Assembly (NCBI RefSeq): GCF_009914755.1
Contig: NC_060945.1
DNA from: the human T2T-CHM13v2.0 reference genome, Homo sapiens
DNA: 64,000 nucleotides
Direction: 5' to 3' (one strand)
In this document: positions 57,770 through 64,000 of the stretch, in pieces
Position numbering within the stretch: the stretch's first letter is position 1
How the letters are laid out: each line of letters opens with the position of its first letter
Translations under genes and position numbers: made by a program
Notes under the pieces: model-generated
Told to the model about the DNA's origin: nothing
Database searches by the model: none
Seen by the model: the letters and a program-made list of their open reading frames with translations, nothing else

Positions 57770-58700
57770 CCACATCTCATTTCTGTTGGTCCGTATCTCC
57801 ATGCACAGCAGAGACAGTGAAAACCCAAGCATGCATCTTCTCAGTGAGTCAGCCCACCTTCCTTCGAGTGTTGGTGAAGATGACTTGCCTGGGTGATGGT
57901 CAGAGTTTCATACAAGTCACGCAGTGTGTCCAGCTTCCACTTCTCTTGTTCCACATTGATGCAGAATTGGTGGATACTCTCCAGAATCAACTCTTCCTTC
58001 TTGACCAGAATCCAAATGGGGTCCCTCATGAACTTCTTGGTCACCTCAAGCACATAAGAAAGCATTGTAGCTGACAGCAAACTACCTGGGTGTTGCTGTT
58101 AAACTTTGGAATATGACATAGATCTGGTCCTTGAATCCACGGCTTAACATTTCATCAGCTTTGTCCAGTACAAGCATTTTGATGTATTTGGGAGACAGGT
58201 ATCTCCAGTGAACCATATCAAACATGCATCCAGGGGTATGCATGATGACATGGGGAGCTTCCATCTGCAATTTCTGCACCTCAGTACACACATTGGTGCC
58301 CCCAATACAGGCATTACAAGAGGTACTCATGTAGTCTCCAGGTGTTATGACCACCTTCTGTATCTGCTGAGCCAGTTCTGTAGTGGGTGCTAAGACCAAG
58401 GCCTGGGTGGCTGTTAGATCTAACTCAATCTGTGGCAGAATCGATATGACAAGTGTGGCCATTTCCCCAGTCCCAGGTTGGGCTTGAGTGATCACATCAT
58501 AACCCTTGACACAGGTAGAATGGCTCGCTGCTGGATGGCAGAGGGTTTCTCAAAACCATAGGCATAGATGCCACGGAGAAGAAACTCCTACAGTTTCATG
58601 TCATCAAAGCTGTCAACCATCTCATTCTAGTTACTCTCGATGATGCCTTTGGGCTCCATGCCATCAGGGTCATTGTCTCAGGATGGGGAATCCTGACTCA
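57770..58700 (-). pseudogene. EIF4A1: Partial processed pseudogene of EIF4A1 (approx. codons 3-313)
   Basis: Intronless. SQD..DND.DGMEPKGIIESN N-terminus, [62 protein letters not shown] reads DKAD, TGG>TAG stop near 58628, and frameshifts. No own poly(A) or 3' part. The symbol refers to the parent gene. Confidence 0.95.
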
Positions 58701-58990
58701 CACCTACAATCCCAGCACTTTGGGAGGCGTAGGCAGGCGGATCACTTGAGTTCAGGAGCTCAAGACCAGCCTGGCCAACATGCTGAAACCCTGTCTCTAC
58801 CAAAAATACAAAAATTAGCTGAATGTGGTGGTGCATGCATGTAATCTCAGCTACTCAGGAGGCTGAGGCAGGAGAATCGCTTGAACATTTAAACCTGGGA
58901 GGCGGAGGTAGCAGTGAGCCGAGATCTTACCACTGCACTCCAGCCTGGGTGACAGAGACTCTGTCTTTAAAAAAAAAAAAAAAAAAAAAA
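58694..58990 (+). mobile_element. Alu (Sz/Jb-like) lacking the first ~12 nt, fused head-to-head to the EIF4A1 cDNA
   Basis: Begins TGACTCACACCT; A-tail followed by the TSD copy at 58987-58998. Confidence 0.95.
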
Positions 58991-60009
58991 GCTAATTAGC
59001 AAACCATGTTAATGTAGATTCTTCTGGTACCATGTACAAGCCAATAAAGGTCTAAAGTTGTCTTTGGTGATCTTTACCTTTGTTCTCCCTGGTAGAAGAG
59101 TGACATTATATGTTTTGTCTTTGTGAATCTATGTACTACTTTTATGCATGTAGAAAAGGGCAGAAATCTTTCCTGCAACTACTTCTTCATTGCCTTTAGC
59201 TCAACAATCCTTCATATTTTGGAGGGGCATATTCTGATCTCCCACATCACTAAAGATACTTCAAATGCATGAGCCTATAGGTATTATGGGTCAGGTGGCA
59301 TGGCTGCTTTCATTGTAACCTGAACCTGATATGGATCCGTTTCCTTCTCCAGGCCCTATTTAAAGCTGGGAAACTTGCATGCTACTTAGGAAATGGGTTG
59401 GAATTATTTTCTTAAATGTGGAATATGTTGCCTCCAGAGACCAGAGAGGCCTACCAGTCATGCACAGGAATCAAAAGAACGCATGCACCATGCCTCATGA
59501 CCTTGAAATTACAGTCTATTCATGTTTTCCAGGATCCCTCAAGATTGCATAGAAGACTTTTTCCAGGATTCCTCTAGATTTTATAGAAGGCAAATTGGTG
59601 GCATGGATACATTGAGAAAAAATATACCTACATCATTTAAGTTCTTTAAGAGTCTTTCTTTAAGATTAACACTAATATCTGTTGTTCTCCCTAAGACATA
59701 TTATTGCTTTTTACTCACTCTCTTGGTGAGGCAGGAATAGTTGGGCAGTTTCAAAGGCTTCCACTTGAGTGTCCTCACTGTGCTAGGTCTTACCTTACAG
59801 GAGAAGTAACATTGAGGATCATGCCAAAGGCCAATATGATCATTTCAATTAAACATTCTTGGACCTAAAGAAATAACCATCAAGGGGGTCCATTTACCCA
59901 ATGAATCTACTGTGATTCACAAATGGGCCAGTACTTTATCTTTTCTCCTAGAATGGGAGAGTGTGATGAAATTTCAGGCCCCTAGAATCAAGGTCAAAAT
60001 CCTCTATAT

Positions 60010-60166
60010 CAGTGATTAGCAGAGATTTCCTTAAAATGGGCCAGACAGCAAATATATTAGGATTTGAGAGACATAGAGTTTTTGCATCTCAAATATTCAG
60101 CTCTACTGTTGTAGTGTGACAGCAGCCATAGATAATGTGTAAGCAAGTGGATATGGCTGTGCTCCC
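60010..60166 (+). mobile_element. MER58A (hAT-Charlie MITE), partial
   Basis: GGGCCAGACAGCAAATATATTAGG...CAGCTCTACTGTTGTAG...AGCAGCCATAGATAAT...GGCTGTG. Confidence 0.8.
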
Positions 60167-60331
60167 AGTGCAAGGGCATTAGCTGGCCTTCACATGGGAA
60201 GAGTGTAGCATTTCTGCAGGCCCAGAATGTTCAGAATAATCTGGGGACACACAATTTTCAAGGCATTGGCTCTCATATCCCTATATCAACTTGTAAGGTC
60301 TTCGTCCTCTTGAATAAGGACACTGGCATGA

Positions 60332-60578
<247 letters not shown>

Positions 60579-61004
60579 ATACAACCTTCTTTTTAGATCT
60601 GCTATTTTTATAATAAAATTGTGGGCTTGATCCTCAACTATTTCTGCCTTGTGGCTATAGGAAATGAGGATCTCTTTATGTGCTGCTAAAATGCCTTCTG
60701 ACTCTCACACTTAGCTGTAAATTAATGAATTAATCGCATTCAGCTTTTGTTTTCATTTTCTAAAATATTGAGTGCCTAGCAAAAATCAATCCATTTTATG
60801 AGCCTTATAGTTATTATCTTCCATGAACTCTGAAATCATGCTGCAGTCATTCATGTACTTCCTTCCATCAATGAAAGTTTAACAACTGCACTAGTACTTC
60901 CTACTGGGAGCTATCTGTGCTCCACCTATCAGCCATCTGGCCAACTATACAGATGCAAATTTCTCTTTATAGTCTATTTTTTAAGTCTACTCTTGGCATC
61001 TAAG

Positions 61005-61320
61005 TTTGTCTTCCTGTGTTCTAGAAATCATATGCAAAAATAGAGATTTGCATTTACTTGGTATATATAAAGGAGTGCTCTCAAGAACAACACCTGGAAG
61101 GAAGTGGAAGGAGTAGGATTAGTCAGAGTTGAACTGTGCGTGATGCTTCCGCAACAGAAGCCTTGGCCACTCCATGAGGAATTCTGAACCTTGCCATGAC
61201 CCTTCAGATATGTCCTTTTGTACTTCTGAATTGAGCAGTCAATGAGTATCTGCTTTCTCCAGAATTAGGGGAAGCAAGGTGGCTTTGCTTGGCTGAGGAC
61301 AATAAGCTCGCCTGCTACTA
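61005..61320 (-). mobile_element. LTR16C-like ERVL LTR
   Basis: GGAGTGCTCTCAAGAACAACACCTG..GGAAG..AGGATT..GTTGAACTG..GCAACAGAAGCCT...CCCTTCAGA. Confidence 0.7.
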
Positions 61321-61399
61321 GGTTTCTTATTCTCTGTCATGCTAGTATGAACTTTTGCACATGAAATTGGCACTGGTAAGGTTTTAAAAGAATGGGCAG

Positions 61400-61626
61400 A
61401 ATTAGATGAGACCTGTTCAGTTCTTAACTTGAAACTGGGCTAGCATCACATCTGCTGCATTCTATAGGACAGAGCAAGTCACAAGGCCAGTACATTTCTG
61501 AGAACTGGATCAAGACTCCACCACACACTTGCAGGTGTGAGAGGCTGCCTTATGAAAACTCACATTCAAAGGGTATGTGTACCAGAAACGAAATAATTGG
61601 AGACACTTTTACAATTAATCCACTAC
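61400..61626 (-). mobile_element. Ancient MLT1K/L-type LTR fragment
   Basis: CATCACATCTGCTGCATTCTAT..ACAGAGCAAGTCACAAGGCCAG. Confidence 0.65.
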
Positions 61627-63234
61627 GTATAGAACTAAGATTTCAACTAATTATTATTTTTTCTTCCTATATGTTTCATAGCTTGTTCAATCTCTAAATT
61701 TTAGGATTTTGAAATAAAACTCCTTACTAATAGTTGGGGCTTCCTATTTTTTCTCCCACTTTTCCAAACCAAACCAAAGCATTCAAGGCTGTTCAAAGAA
61801 AAATATAATGCATCTTTGCAAGATTGAATAGTTGAGCCAATAATGCAAAACTCACTTTTCATTTTCCTTGTTAAATGTATTTTACTTGATTGCCAACCAC
61901 CAAAATAAACACTGGCACAACTGCAGGATTTTCAATTTTTTCAAATAGGAACTGGAAGTAGCAGAAATAGAATCGAGGGAATGCAAGGTCAGCACGTGAT
62001 GTGTGCTTATAAAGCTGCTCTGACTACTGTCCCCACTGATTTATACTTGTCACATACTGAGGGCTCAGTTGTGGCGCCAACTTTCTTTCATTATTATCTT
62101 TATTTTAAAGTGATTTGTGTGGTGGATTAAAAAAATGCATTGCAGGAAGTCAAAAATTCTAAGTAATCTTAGTGTAATTTTGGAAACTAGTATGAAGAAT
62201 AGAGCAAGAAAAAAATTGGTACTTGACTTCTAAATATGGGAGATAAGATAATCTAAACAAAAAATATATCTAATGTGCTTATGAAATAATGCATGTGGCA
62301 GGAATATAGATATTACTACTTTTTCCTTATACACAGATATCATTATGTAGAATATATCCAAGATCATCGATGGCCACAAGGCTAGGCTGAGTGTGGTGAT
62401 TAGTATCTGTTTGTATTCTCTATTTATGTCTTATTCTTCAGTTTACTTAATAAAGCTCAGAACTTTTAAATTGTTGCTAATAGCAGCCCAATTTTTTGAC
62501 ATTGAAATCTCTCAGCTTTATAGCTTTATAAAGCTTTATAGGCTTATCTCTGTAAATGGCAGCTGTTTCACATTCTTGGAATTTCAACTTACGAAGGTCA
62601 GTGTTAAGAACCCATTCCTACTGTCTGAAATTATTCAATCTATGTTAGAATAAGAGAGATCTGAAAAAAAGTTGACAGGTTAATTGTCTAGATTTCAAGG
62701 TAGAAATCAGTCTACAAAAGTCCTGTTGCTGACATGATAGCTTCATTATTATTTGTGTTTGTGGGGTTTTTATTCATTTATGTAGAAGGAGATGATGTTT
62801 AAGGACAGTAGCTGTCTCCATGTGCTCTTTGTTGGTGCTGGGAATTTCTTATCAGTGTGAGGTTGATTGTGAAGACATGTTTGAGGGAAAGCACAGGAAA
62901 ACAAGCTCTTGACTGCCTTATCTTTCAGTGAGATCATGCCTCATAGAATATGTTGAGTCATTTCAACATCTTTAAGGGTTATCATTTGAGTGGTGATTCT
63001 AAGCACTGACTTGAGGTCAACTGGCTATAGGGGTAAAAAAAGTTTCATGTAGCAATACATGTAATAGTTTAGATAAATTATTAAGTGATGATGGACACAG
63101 AGTTCTACAGTTCTGAGTTTATGATAAAATATTCTAATAGGAAAAGTCTTCCCATTATCCGTGATGTTACCCAGGCCCATACCTAATGAGAATAATAATA
63201 TTTTTCATTGTATAGAAATTTCGTTATTCAACAC

Positions 63235-63370
63235 TATTTTCATCTTTCTTATCTGTTTTGTTACACACAACAACCCAGTGAGATAGTTAAAGGGAATTTC
63301 CTCATCTTTTATAGATGAAGAAAGTTCAAAATATTCTACATACCTGACATTCTTGAATTGGTAAGATTCT
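63235..63370 (-). mobile_element. MIR fragment
   Basis: CACAACAACCCAGTGAGATAG...CATCTTTTATAGATGAAGAAA. Confidence 0.65.
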
Positions 63371-63409
63371 ACCACAATTAGATTGGCCCAAAAAAGGGCA
63401 ATGTGTTAT

Positions 63410-64000
63410 TCCATACGAGGGGAGACAGAAAATAAAGAAATAAATGCATAAATAAGATACTTTTAAGTAGTGGTACATATTATGATAAAAATGAAAGAGG
63501 GTAATTTAACCAAAAAGTAATCATTGGGCACCTCCAAACTATGTAAATAAAGCTGGCTGTAAGAGGGATTTAAGTTGAAACTGAGATTTTAATTGTATCA
63601 TGGAATTACCCGTGTGGAGATGACAAGAGAAATCAAGCATTGCAAAGCCACCCTGATACACTCAATAACCTGGAAAAAGGTCAATGTGGCTGCAGTGAGC
63701 AAAGTAAAAGTGGTATAATGTGTAATCAGACAGGCAGGTAGGGCCAGATCCTGTAGAGACTGGTCATTGTAAGAGGTGTATATTATAAGCGAAATGGAAA
63801 GCTGTTGAAGGTTCTAAGCAAGGAGACATCATTATCTATTTTGAATTTTTGGAAAAATCATGCTATTTGGATTTTGGAGCAGGAAGTCCAGTAAGGATCT
63901 ATGCGTAAACAAAACAGAGACCCAGGCTTGTGCTACAGCAATGATAGTGGGGAGTAGTGAACAGTTAGCATATACATTGTAGTAAAAGTGCCTGCAGATT
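63410..64000 (-). mobile_element. L2 fragment
   Basis: GGAGACAGA..AATAAA, TGCAAAG.CCCTGA, AATGTGGCTGCAG, GGTTCTAAGCAAGGA motifs in L2 order. Confidence 0.7.

Larger units (their letters stand above)
57453..59246 (-). mobile_element. MER34-family ERV1 solo LTR, split by the EIF4A1/Alu insert
   Basis: Minus-strand start TGTGGGAGATCAGAATATGCCCCTCCAAAATATG...TTGAGCTAAAGGCAAT; LTR text on both sides of the TSD AAAAGCTAATTA. Confidence 0.75.

Noticed and set aside
57817-58495. DEAD-box helicase ORFs as a functional gene
   Set aside because: Intronless, truncated, with an early stop, frameshifts and DEAD>DKAD, so it is a pseudogene fragment.

Overview
AT-rich, repeat-dense catarrhine primate (human-like) genomic DNA. 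I see no supportable intact protein-coding exon, RNA gene or CRISPR array, and the longer ORFs I could assign are pieces of repeats or of a retrocopy. Main contents: a near full-length old L1 (minus, ~415-7392) fused directly to a 3'-deleted HERV-L provirus with its MLT2A1-type 5' LTR (7393-11327); a 5'-truncated L1PB carrying nested THE1/MADE1/Alu insertions (24145-28594); a decayed ~2.7 kb Charlie-type hAT transposon; an ERV3-16A3/LTR16-like ERVL relic; about 14 Alus; and MaLR LTRs, MER33, MER47A, MER58A, MIR and L2 pieces. I find no evidence of a new gene system. The notable signal is a set of atypical retrotransposition structures readable from their target-site duplications (TSDs). These are an antisense EIF4A1 cDNA joined to a sense Alu inside one TSD pair, a 5'-inverted (twin-primed) Alu, and a twin-primed L1 with fold-back copying of the flank. 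All family and subfamily names come from recalled consensus sequences, not a database search, and boundaries of ancient repeats are approximate.
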